From Cyanophora paradoxa CCMP329 (taxonomy: Eukaryota; Plantae; Glaucophyta), in the NCBI GenBank assembly GCA_004431415.1, contig QPMI01000695.1, forward strand, positions 21,198-85,197: a DNA stretch of 64,000 nucleotides, read 5' to 3'. How positions within the stretch are numbered: position 1 is the stretch's first letter; each line of letters opens with the position of its first letter. Position numbers and translations under genes: made by a program. Shown here in pieces: positions 12,101 to 21,800 of the stretch. The notes under the pieces were generated by a model. The model was not told the DNA's origin. It saw nothing but the letters and a program-made list of their open reading frames with translations, and did no database searches.

Positions 12101-15100
12101 CAGCGCCGGCTACGACTCTGACGGCGGAGGCCGCGGCGACGGCGACGCCGATGGCGGGCGGAGGCCCGGGTGTGATGTTCACGGCGCCGACGGCGCCAGC
12201 TACGACTCTGACGGCGGAGGACGCGGCGGTGGCGACGCCGATGACGGGCGGAGGCCCGGATGTGACGTTCACGGCGCCCCCGGCGCCGGCTACGACTCTG
12301 ACGGCGGAGGCCGCGGCGACGGCAATGCCGATGGCGGGCGGAGGCCCGGATGTGAGGTTCACGGCGCCCACGGCGCCGGCTACGACTCCGACGGCGGAGG
12401 ACGCGGCGATGGCGATGCTGATGGCGGGCGGAGGACCGAATGTGACGGTGGACGCCGCACTGATGGCGACCCTGACGGCGGACGCCGCACTGACGGTGAC
12501 GGCGATGCCGGACGGACACTACATGGTGCGGCCCACGAACAGGCCGACAGCACCAGCAACGTACGTGACGCGCTCGGCGCTGGCGACGATCATGGAGACG
12601 GTGCCCATGATGACGGCGGCAATGGAGACTTCGGCGACACTGACGGCGGGCGTCGGCCCGGGCACGGAGACTCTCATCGGGAGCCGGCCGGCCCCGGGGG
12701 CGATGACAGACGCGGGCGCTGAGGAGCCGACGGCAACGGTCACGGGCGAGCACTCGCGCACGACGCCGGTCGAGCGGTCGGCGCCGGAGACGGCAGCGAC
12801 GCTGGCGACGGGTGTGGGCTTACCGACGGGCGTCGGCCCGAGGCCCACACGGGAACAGCGGGACACGATGGAGCAACTGACGGGAGACGACCACGAGGAG
12901 GCGAGGCCGGAATCACCGGAGCGCATGGAGCCGATGGAGTTCGACGACGCTGCAGCACTGCACAACGCTCAGACAGGCAATGCGGGCTACGGGATCAATG
13001 TTGTCGACGTGCATGACTGGCATCCTCCGCCACCTGCGCGACGGCACGATGGGTCTGGGGACATACCGACGCCTCAGACTCAGATCATCGCGCTGGCACA
13101 GATGGCGGCGGACGCGGAGCAGGTGCCGCAGAACGCGCCTCGGCGGCGGCACATCACGGAGACCATTGTCAGAGCCATGTCGCAGAGGTATGACAGCAAC
13201 CTCACGCTCCAAGTGGCCATGACCGTCGACGACGTCGACCTTGTGGGCCACCTGCTGGCGACGAACACGAGCACGCTCTTGGAACCGGGGGCAACGATGC
13301 TCGAGGCGGGGAGCGTCGCGATGTGGGGCAACACCTCCGACGTTGCACGCTGGCTCTTGCTGCGACGCGACGCGGCGCGGCTGGGAGTCGACGTCGGGCA
13401 GGTGGCTCTACAGCAGTACTCAGAGCGGAAGGCGGTCCTGGATTCACTAATCAGCACGGGCGAGTTCGTACGGTACCGGCCAACCGATGAACCGGACCGG
13501 AACGCGCCGAGTGACGACGGCGGACTGGCCGCAGTCGACGCTATCCAGGACATCATCGATCGCAACATGCAGAAGGGGGTGAGCCCGGCGAACACGTTGC
13601 AGCAGCGGGCGGAGCAGCAGATCGCGCGGGACCGGCATGTCGCGTTCGGCTTGGACCTCGCTCAGCACTTGAGGGCGATGTGGCGGCCGGAGGAGATGGT
13701 GCAGGCGAACGACCCGACGGGCCCAGTTGGCGAACCACCACCACCTCGATTCGGGCTCCAATCATCGCTCTCGCTCGACGACGCCCAGCAGGGCACGCAG
13801 GAGGGGGCGTGGAGGCGGCAGGCGATGCTGCGGATCGCGTACCTGACGCGAACGACGGCGGGATGGGAGGAGATGACGGATGTAGACCGCTTTGACGGCT
13901 TGAAGGAGGAGGCAATCAAGCGGAGCTTGACAGAAGCACAGACTGCGGAGGCGCTGATGAACGACTGGCGTGAGCTGCTGAACCTTACCGTCCACATGGG
14001 ATACCTACGGCAGGAACTCATCGACGGTTGGGAACAGTGGATTTCACCAAACAACCAGTACGTTTACCTGCGGAACATGATCCAACGGCTCGACGGGAAG
14101 CGAGCGCGGGACCCGACGGCAACGTGGTACACGCTGTTCCGGGACCTAGCGGCGAAGGCGCTGGGGCTCCTGCCTGAGGGGAAGCCGACGTTCTCGCAAG
14201 CCCGAGCTACACCGTCCCAACGGGCTCACACGGAGGTGGTGACGAAGCTGCAGAGGACGACGCTCAGGGGCGCTCAGCAAGACGAGTACTCCCTGCCGCA
14301 CCCGGCGGCGTGGAAATACACGTCGCGGCTGCTCATGCACCCTGAATGTCTACGCACGTCGTTAGGACCGTTCACCTCAGCTCCGCTGGCACGCTCGGAG
14401 ATGTATGACGACATCAACGACCCGTACAAGATGCGCCAGGAGTTCCCGCGACGCTCGTACGCTACATTCCTCCAACGCCAGTCTCCGAACGCGTGGGATG
14501 CAATGTCGAAGCGGATGGTATCATACGCGTGGCGGCCCCGCGACGACCGGGCGGAGGAACTCCACATCTACTCGCCGGTTGAGGTGCAGGCGGCGAAGCT
14601 ACAGCAGAACATGCCCCACTTCCGACGTGCATGGGAACTGTTGGTGATGCTCGGTTTCTACGGGTACAAGGACCCGTTCTACGACCACGGCCTGTACGAC
14701 GACACGGCGGAGCCACATATCTACCAGGAGTCTCAGGCAGCGGCTGCATCAGCACGGGAGCTTCCGTGCCTCGGCCAGGACAGCGTTCTGGCACTGTTCG
14801 ACGTCGACCCGCTGGATTACGCCTTCTTCACACAGGCCGAGTACTGCCTCATCCCCGCCCTGATCGTCACGGCGATTGAGCTGGGGCGGCACCTGGCGCA
14901 CGCGTTCGCCACGCGAGGATGGAGGGCACCGATCACGGTCGACACGCAACTCGTGGAGCAGGCATGCGCGGCAAAGACGATGGAGGAGGCGAACCGCTAC
15001 CTCATTCTGGCAGCGCGTAGCATCGAGACGCCGCCGGCCGTGGAGACCTGCCCGGACTTGCCGGGCGCCTTGCTCATGCGATGCCGGGCCCAGGCTTGCG

Positions 15101-15549
15101 CACTGACGCACGTCATGGCGTTGGGACATACGGGCTACGACTTCACTCGCGACCTGTTGGACGGTGGATACCAGCCACAGTGGCTTCAGAGCTTCTTTAG
15201 CTTTGGCGAGATCCTGGACCTGAACCTCCCCAGTGCCTACACCATGACCTACGCGGTCAAGCTCGGCGAACAGTTCCTGAACATGGTCGCGAGGGGCAGA
15301 GTCATCAACGGTGACTACGTGCGGGGGCTGGAGGTGCCCCGCACTGCCGACCCGGAGGATCTGACGCTGTTCACGGAGACGGCCATCGGCTCACCACCAC
15401 TCCGCTGGAATGAAGCGTTCACTCAGTACCTGGAGCAGACCGACAGCATGCAGAACTTCATCGAGATGGTCGCGAGTCTCCTCTACGACACCTCCATGGC
15501 CATCGATCTTCCCCTCCCCATCGTCGACGACGACATGATGCAGGCGTAA
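6181..15549 (+). CDS. gag: ORF1: 3122-aa Gag-like polyprotein with CCHC zinc knuckle, four LRLRGG motifs, Thr/Ala repeat and long unassigned C-terminal region
   Basis: Uninterrupted 9.4-kb ORF (first ATG 6322); CHICKQPGHFAHEC at 8476-8517; second Cys/His cluster around 7900-8170; LRLRGG at 9343, 9466, 9628 and 11785. Confidence 0.85.
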   Translation: MAQLVAGSPAISRQSPRTSPRTASSTASYSLAPDRPFFLPFNYYLSTMHSSSGSGRLGRPPPVTTAGMSHIAAITNRKAAEQQTYNQRMQYTEPPVPVTLAKGAVVMSFGTPLTMSNVKQTLDQFTKVAHTKNYFADIPTTPEERRMVNYTLTEFSQLLSARDKADFLQHLHRQEQHDAALAKLAADVAAQERALAGIPLADVLRRTQEQNRLDELQRTLQAAQRRAPQPPLRHVGDLARWLHARIDPVDKARIIGFTREMYMGLRPSHQFEATVEAIELSGRTPTPAVVLAALEEQILLRQQQHVDAWEMFGTEAHHRRKNFATMVDKVMPQLWELRRQLETDMPGNTELQTSSFLASAPAIFLQPPIHSNSWDINLGEEDAKSSTAHAIRMAAAASAEEGAASNTEEMSALFGASGGDSFDTTPTKRPRHELSGSPTIDRQLSTASPATRLASDVAAASFTLGTDRELRRLSDQQAALQQQLLQQQQQQAQQFLTLQQQQQQQQAATHAHIMAVQATQLTTAQQIGSAFNAAPYAPRPQGPTAPSGATPPPFQPPLGGARDGARAQPQGKVCGLLCHRGSRRGQVCGVNHAKQNAVWRSAIQLHDLAHPGRTVNATAAGILQRNPVPECPGEDCRRCYTIFPQLYDTRDLPPHRHDESEECPVLRALRNMAPLPHLPQLPVGWREHLIQAGVIQESRIPTAQPPRFQPQPMLPAPVPAAANPWTANSYPPAAYPAGYGVQYPPLGQAPASAPTPPPPAKPPQTCHICKQPGHFAHECQQSRQQAAPAGRGGGRRENFRSVPPPQQYHPQQPAQVNYAATGANASPVAPAGYIPVAPAAPAAAPVDANSPQFFAEVMAIMQQKLAVRAAQTNAVAVSNADLDAMVEAEMDALLAARAAQTRPANRPDSYSLDALRFGDEARGYRAGAPEDAGRTEWRSGATTPSTTWATPAGSEHGSASVTTSPQPAATAPSITATAGVDSGAPPAERRQRSALLALITEGARARLADMALERETVMTMPEEEREAHQQLREEDDDPGEAATDSETDSLDGEPLRLRGGGYSDGDADADTDADEMVLDGGGNADSDGEELDGEPLRLRGGGYPDGDEDGDTYSDVEEFGADGGLTEPEYAGATEGLGIGDSLGGPAAPLRLRGGGGATRRVPDGGAEAFNSDDVQDVLDPVPPLVQLGPMGSPAPLPEPVATLEPAELDLLGVVVSPTILANQTEPAAAAEPEDTPESRCSTDDDYTHWPEGYNYDSDGSVKYPTNALDIELADAREEAESRGITVSQLLDERMAELEASHRYGAAVAVSTNIAVVETPPAFVAYIDDLIARKTAGPYTSMASARRTVDAGRTPDAEEELRTTDQPGLLLARRAIAAMAANRGVDYATMQMELRGRGNAMREALRAQVSADLQRLWDSGVRNPYGEDATTPGTSSMDVTPDHRTVRGADVEHPTAEDDPGGSTAAMVAAAIAERIANRDCVASLMPTASGSRTTRAAPTAARRTPLGASSSFARRAIMARFRSRDVSFAEVQQEVRENPTLRAAIVAYIHAAITDPDELWIVAQDAFEWRVAETAADRNSDRRSVMQTIRDDPAAREVMVASITQDLAQWRREAETAAMEATMESCTTMPMHYLSCDLSLAYFTPNAAEQQLQMIPPDSQDHQPTMTPMFPEREHRWEAFDRAVADLQEIRRARPLDAHCDGTTDLTAALSNIDLVGPEGVRQADLGSGADLTISTDTVTPAQPTPAARRRRRQRRRAARGGRCKPDGARASPPEDDGDDPDEAHAAGGNGTERTSRTATQAWSATASSTTTTVTRPTNQTQGPRATIAKSQGRPWLYGLTVTDGKATVGLRQLSGYSNLSTATTGVLRLRGGTRRRQKPAEEAPATTLTAETAATATPMTGGVPSVMFTAPTAPAATLTAEAAATATPMAGGGPGVMFTAPTAPATTLTAEAAATATPMTGGVPGVMFTAPTAPATTLTAEAAATATPMAGGGPGVMFTAPTAPATTLTAEDAAVATPMTGGGPDVTFTAPPAPATTLTAEAAATAMPMAGGGPDVRFTAPTAPATTPTAEDAAMAMLMAGGGPNVTVDAALMATLTADAALTVTAMPDGHYMVRPTNRPTAPATYVTRSALATIMETVPMMTAAMETSATLTAGVGPGTETLIGSRPAPGAMTDAGAEEPTATVTGEHSRTTPVERSAPETAATLATGVGLPTGVGPRPTREQRDTMEQLTGDDHEEARPESPERMEPMEFDDAAALHNAQTGNAGYGINVVDVHDWHPPPPARRHDGSGDIPTPQTQIIALAQMAADAEQVPQNAPRRRHITETIVRAMSQRYDSNLTLQVAMTVDDVDLVGHLLATNTSTLLEPGATMLEAGSVAMWGNTSDVARWLLLRRDAARLGVDVGQVALQQYSERKAVLDSLISTGEFVRYRPTDEPDRNAPSDDGGLAAVDAIQDIIDRNMQKGVSPANTLQQRAEQQIARDRHVAFGLDLAQHLRAMWRPEEMVQANDPTGPVGEPPPPRFGLQSSLSLDDAQQGTQEGAWRRQAMLRIAYLTRTTAGWEEMTDVDRFDGLKEEAIKRSLTEAQTAEALMNDWRELLNLTVHMGYLRQELIDGWEQWISPNNQYVYLRNMIQRLDGKRARDPTATWYTLFRDLAAKALGLLPEGKPTFSQARATPSQRAHTEVVTKLQRTTLRGAQQDEYSLPHPAAWKYTSRLLMHPECLRTSLGPFTSAPLARSEMYDDINDPYKMRQEFPRRSYATFLQRQSPNAWDAMSKRMVSYAWRPRDDRAEELHIYSPVEVQAAKLQQNMPHFRRAWELLVMLGFYGYKDPFYDHGLYDDTAEPHIYQESQAAAASARELPCLGQDSVLALFDVDPLDYAFFTQAEYCLIPALIVTAIELGRHLAHAFATRGWRAPITVDTQLVEQACAAKTMEEANRYLILAARSIETPPAVETCPDLPGALLMRCRAQACALTHVMALGHTGYDFTRDLLDGGYQPQWLQSFFSFGEILDLNLPSAYTMTYAVKLGEQFLNMVARGRVINGDYVRGLEVPRTADPEDLTLFTETAIGSPPLRWNEAFTQYLEQTDSMQNFIEMVASLLYDTSMAIDLPLPIVDDDMMQA
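11833..12450 (+). repeat. 90-bp (30-aa) coding tandem repeat, about 7 copies
   Basis: Unit TAPTAPATTLTAEAAATATPM(T/A)GG(V/G)PGVMF repeated in frame within ORF1. Confidence 0.9.
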
Positions 15550-15838
15550 GGAGCTGTTTCGCATGTCGCAGACGGCCCCGGACGGACCTCGACGGGCCGA
15601 AAACGGCGCGACCTTTCGGACATCCCGCTAGTTCGCGAGCTTTAACAATGGATGGAATTTGAATTTCGAACACGGCGGCTATCAGCCGGCTGAGTTCGAG
15701 TTCGAGCTGGCTAGACCAATTTCTATATCCCCCCAAGCCATCTCCCCCCCCCTACCAAGCCACGGCCAGCTGCAGCTAGATTGCCAGACTTGCGCGGGAA
15801 AAGCAAAAGCGCTTATAGCTTAGCGTTCGGCGATCGAG

Positions 15839-18800
15839 ATGCCGCTCTCTGTGCTGTCTGCCAAGGTCGGCTCAGCGTTCGGTTCCATTAGAGCGTGGCT
15901 GGGCGGCGCCAGCGATGGCAGGCCGCGGCACGGCCAGATTGGCGGCAGCACCTGCGGCAGCCAGGACGACCTCGGCGAGGACGTGAATCCAGACGACTTT
16001 GGCGACGCAGCTTTGAGCGAGCAAGTCGTTCAGCCTGCGCATGCAGCGCCAGCTGCGCATGCGACGGCCGCGGTCGCGCTGGCGCCTCCCGCGGCGGAGC
16101 CGGCGGGCGGGAGCGACTCCCCACAAGTCTCGCCAGTACGCTCAGAGCTCGAGCAGAGCCCCGGCAGCGGCTGCTGTGAGACGCCAGGGACGCCTTTGGG
16201 TGGGGGTACGCCTGTACAGCCGTGTACGCCGCCAGTCGCAGCTGCCTCATCAGCGACCCCCGTGTACACGCCTGATCGCCCGCGTCGCAAGCGGGTAGTG
16301 GAGGCGCTGGAGGCGGAGGCACGCCGCCTCGTGAGCATCATCGGGCCACACGCAGTGCGCGTTATTATATATATATATATACATAAAAAGAGCTACCGAG
16401 AATCGTACTTTATAGGCTACAAAATCGTTGGAGAAGAGCACCTTTCTGAACCACCGTCCGCAGGCCCAACGAGCCCTGGAAACGAGCAAATCGGGTCAGC
16501 TGCAAGTGAAGAAGGCGATGAGCATCGCCTGCAGGAAGCTGCGGGACACCTTCCCCGACTGCGAGATTCTAGAGTGGAAGGACCGCCACTGCATCTCGGA
16601 CGTGCGCCCTTTCTCGAATGTTTTAACCCCCCATCCCGTTCTAAACCGACCCCGGGCAGGCGACGTACTTTGAGTTCACGAAGCTCCTGAAGAAGGCCCT
16701 GAAGAAGCACTTCGTGGGGCTGCGAGCCTTCCTCCCGTCGAAGCACTGCATCACGAAGCTACGGGGCAAGGTCAACGATGACCTCGAGAAGGCGCGGCGC
16801 GCGCGCGGGGCGGGGGTGAGGGACGAGGCTCACCGAGCGGTGCAGATCGTGCAGATCGTCGAAACAGCGGCGGGCGTCGGCGACGAGGAGAACAAGGGCA
16901 AGCCGGGCGTCATGCTCGAGCTCTTTGTGCCTCCGTCGAGCGCAGCGCCGGCGGCGGGCGGAGAGGCGGCAGCGCCGGCGGCGGGCGGAGAGGCGGCAGC
17001 GCCGGCGGCGGGCGGAGAGGCGGCAGCGCCGCCGCCCCGCAGAGCTGTCACGCCGACGCCCGCCCTGTCGGCCCTCATCAGCGCTTTCGTCCCGCTGCAC
17101 AAGCACAGGGGGAAGAAGATCAGACCTCGAGTCCGCCTGGCGGGCGACGGGACGATCGCGTTCCGCGGGAAGAGCGTCTCCACGACCGACGGCATGACCT
17201 GCATCGTGGCAATCGTCGACGGCTACTACGTCATCGAGGAGGACGGGACGCAGGCGTACCACGCGCTGAAGGGCGTTCAGAGCAGCTACGCCATCCTGCC
17301 CCTAATGCTCTTCGGCGGTAGCGACAGCGAGGAGAACCTGCGCCCACGCATCAAGCCCCTCGCCGACATGGTCGAGTACCTGAACGAGAACCCGCTCACC
17401 CTGATCCCCGGGTACGAGCACGACAAGCCCGTCGAGGTCGAATTCTTGGTGACGGGCGACTACAAGTTCCTGCGCGTCCTCCTCGGCTTCGACCTGTGCC
17501 CGCACTGCGATTCTGTCCACCGACGCGGGTCAGTTCGCCGAGTCACACGCGCTGAGATTCGGCATGGGGCTCACGTTGCTGCAGGTCCGAGTGCTCGGCG
17601 GTCGAAGTCGTGCGCGCAGCAGGGCCGCGGGATCGGGACGGCCTCCCTCCAGCCAGCGAACAGAGAATCCGCACCCCCGAGCACGACGCCAACGCCCTCC
17701 TGCAGCCGCTCCCGAACAGCATGCTGCCCGTCGCTGCCGTCGAGGTGAGAAGCCCGCGACACCTCGCCTCAGCAGACGCCAACGCGCACCTCAGGTCCGG
17801 CTCGACGACGCCCTGCACGGCATCAAGAGCTGGGTGGCCGGGTTCTTCGTCTACTTCTTCCTCGCCCTCGCCTGTGGTGCCTCCGAGGACCAGCAGAAGC
17901 GCATCGAAGACCTGCAGCGTCATCTTCGCGATAAATACGCGCGGAACATCAAGTTCGAGAAGACCGAGAACGGGGCCACGTACAAGTTCTTCCAGAAGAT
18001 CTCCGCCAACACCGCCAAGAAGATCCTGGAGGACCCCGAGGCGCCCGACACCCTCTTCAGCATCTGCTTCGGCGACAGTAAGGAGAGCTGGAGCGAGAAG
18101 ACGAGGGGCATGCACGAGATTTGGCAGCTCCGCCAGATAATCTACCAGTACGAGCGGAACATGAAGCCCGACGAGGAGGCGCGGCAGCAAGTTATCGAGG
18201 CCGTCGCCGAGCTCCAGGGCCTGATGGAGACACACTTCCCGTTATGGAAGATCTTCACACGCTACATGCACTCGACGCTTGCGCACCTCGCGTTCTGGGC
18301 GCGCGTCGACAACACGAACGCGCCCGGCCGTTGGAGCTGCGAGGTCATCGAGTCCTACATGGGCCTCCTTCGGCGCCTGCGACACACCGTCACGTCTCTC
18401 GGTGGCGGGTGGAACAAGGACCTCGACATGCTCAAGCAGATCATGACGCACCAGCGGCGGCGCCTGGCGCTGTGGATGCGGAACATGACGGAGGCGAGCG
18501 TCGGCGGGAAGGACGCTGCCCACGCCGAGTACGACGCGCCCGTCGCCGCCAAGGCCTGGCCAGATGTACCCCGGCACTTTTGGCTCACCCACGCATTGCG
18601 TCGAAATTTGAGTCATTTTTCGACGCAGTGCTCCGAAATTTCACGCAATGCTTGAAAATGCGTCGGGGTTTCAAGCAGCGCTTGAAACCCCACGCAGTGC
18701 GACGCAGCTGCCCGAAACTTCGAAGCACCGCGACTGCGCCAAATTCCCACTGCGTCTGGCTGCGTCGAGCGATGCAGCCTGGCAGCGCTAGCAGGCGTAT

Positions 18801-21800
18801 CCTATAGCTAGTACTAGTAGCTCGTAACCCATGCGGATTGCGGATTCAATGATTAATATTGCAGCGCGCGCGCTCGGGATCCACTGGGGCAGATCCGAGT
18901 GCGCGGGCGGATTGCAGCGCGCGCGCGGCTGTACCAGTACCGCAGTACTAGTATATCCGTACGTGCATGCTTAGTTTGCTCGCGCTTCTGGGCCGCTGGG
19001 CCGCGGCCGGGCCACAGCGGCGACAGGCCCGTGGCCAGCTATTGTGAATCTGTGGCATGCGCTGTTCATAAAAAGATGATGAACTGGAAGTATACAGGCT
19101 GTCCGGGATCCGAAATCTATCCCACGCACCAGCCCCTGAAGCCCGAATCCGAGCGCTAGCTAGTTGCCGAGAAAACGAAAACTAACTGCAATCAGCTGCC
19201 GAACAGCGGGTAGTGCTGCTGTCCTGCCTGCAGCATCGTCCGCCGGCGGCACAGGCAGAATGCGCCCTCGCCGCACTCGCTGCGGCAAGTCACCGCGCTC
19301 GCTGCGCTCAGAATAAGCGGACTCCTAGCTTAAAGAGAGAAGTGGGAAGCAAGGGGACGTCTGCGCACCGAGGAGAGGGTAGCAGTCCCGCTTCCTCCGC
19401 ATCCAGCATCCCTTGCCCGTGCCCGACTCCGTTTGACCTGTTTGAAATTGTGGAGTAAGGGAGACCAGGATGCGCTGCGGTGGAGAGCCCAGCGCCGACG
19501 CACCGAGATTGCATTGCGTCCCGTGCTGGAGGCCGCAGCCAGTTCTTGCCCTGCGTGCTCTTCAAAGTGCAAGGCCGGAATTCGGGGTACACAGCTGTTG
19601 GGCGAAAGCGGCAGCGACACCAACAGCGATATCGATCGAGGATGCTTGAGGACGCCCTTCGGCTCAGCTTTCCGAGGAAGCCTGAGCGGTCCCATGCTCC
19701 TTCGCAGCTCGCTCGGCCGCGGTGCCGAGCACGTTGGCGGAAGCTCGCAGATGCGGCGCGCGGCCCTTTCGTTAGCTATAGCTAGGCGCATGTGGCCCGT
19801 GTTCTCGCAGCTGCATGTCTATGCCCTGGCGTGGCCGTGTTTCCGTGCGGCGCCGCGTTCACGGCCTGCCTTCCTCCCACAAACCGACGACGTGCGTCTA
19901 TGCCGTGCCCTCCGCGTTCCACGCGTGACGTACAGCTCACTCGATTTCGCAGGGATCGCCGGCGGTGAGCCCCGTCGGCCCAGTTGGTTGGCCCTGCGCC
20001 CAAGCCGAGCCAAGGTGCGGCTACCGCCTGGACGGGGTGCGGGATCAGACGGGCTGCATCCCGTTTCTCGCTGTTGATCTCTCCTTCGTAGCGGGCGATG
20101 GCGTGCCGGCAAGCTGCTGGGCGGCGATCGCGCCCTGCCGAGCGCGTCGCCATCGCCGGGGGTGGGCCACCGGACTATAGCTTTGCGTCAGCGGCGCGCG
20201 AACGCATGTCTCACGATTCTTGCTTGCGTTCCAGGCGCTGGATCGCGCGCGCCGTCTCCAGGCTCCGAATTCTGGACCCCTCTTCCACAGCTTGGTGAGG
20301 CTCAGGCCTAGACGAGGTGAGTTGAGCGGTCTGTGTGCGTACGCGTCGCTGACAAGGCGCTCCTGTCGCGCAGGATGATCGAGTCCCGGGGCGATGGTCG
20401 GAGGGAGCGGAGGGCGGCAGCATGGATTGCACGGCGGGGCGTAGGATCGGCGGGCGGCGGCCCGGGCGCACGCCTCGCGCGCCGCCGGCTGCCCGCCCGC
20501 CCCGGCCCGCCCCGCGCCGTCGCTTCGCCCGCCCCGGCGCCTTCGCCCCGCTCCGCCCCGTCGCTTTCGCCCCGCCCCGCAGAGTCGGTGCGCCGTGCTG
20601 AGCGCCCTGCCCGGCACAGCCCGGCCTGCCTGCTGCTGACGCCCTCGCAGCTCTCGAGGATTTTGAATTTTCGGGGCGTCCCGCTGCCGCGGGAGAGGAT
20701 CTTCGAGCGCCCCGCCGCCCCGCCGTCCTCAGGGGACAGCGCCGGGGGTCGCTGAAGCTCGCAGGGCGGGGCGGAGGCGCGGCGAGCGGAGGCGCGGCTC
20801 GCCGCACGGGGTGGAGGCGCGGCGGGCGGCGGCGCGGCTCACCTGGCGGGGCGGAGGCGCGGCGGGCGGCGGCACGGCTCGCCGGGAGGGGCGGCGGCGC
20901 GGCGGGCGGCGCGCAGCTCGCCGGGCGGGTGAGGGTGCGGCGGGCGGCGGCGAAGCTCGGCGGGCAGGGCGGAGGCGCGGCGGGCGGCGGCACGGCTCGC
21001 CGGGAGGGCGGCGGCGCGGCGGGCGGCGCGCAGCTCGCCGGGCGGGGCGAGGGTGCGGCGGGCGGCGGCGAAGCTCGGCGGGCGGGGCGCGGGAGCGGCG
21101 GGCGGCGGCGCGGCTCGCCAGGCGGGGCGGAGGCGCGGCGGGCGGCGCCGCGGCTCGCGGGGCGGGGCGGAGGCGCAGCGTGCTGCGGCCCGGCTCGCCG
21201 CACGGGGTGGAGGCGCGGCTGGCGGCGGCGCGGCTCGCCAGGGGGGCGGAGGCGCAGCAGGCGGACAGGACGGCAGGCGCGGCGGGCGGCGGCGTGGCTC
21301 GCGGGGCGCCGCGGTGGCGCGACGCGGCTTCGATTCGTGATCACTGATCATGAGCGTGATGATCTCTTGTCATTCAATTTAAACAGATCCGAGGCTGCGC
21401 TGCCCTGCAACTTGGCACAAATGAAGTGTTGGCAATTGGGGCCCACTATTGCTTGGCGAGGCACCAGCACCTTTTCAGCGCTTGCCACTATTAAAATCAA
21501 ATCTAGCGCCTTTGATATAGTCCAGGTACGCTTCTCCAGTCAGTGAAAAGGCCGGGATCTCAGAGTCTTTTCCTGGCTTCATGATCAATTCTCATGATCA
21601 TCATGAACACTGCATGCATGGGTGCTCAGATCCTCACTGCGAGCCAAATTGAAACTCGGGGCCCATATTGCATACGCCCGCGAGCATGCTGTTGGGGGTT
21701 CTCGAGGGCGCTGGATTTGATTATGAAGTTGGTTTAAGACAGATCCGAGGCTGCGGTGCCCTGCAACTTGGCACAAATGAAGTGTTGGCAATTGGGGCCC

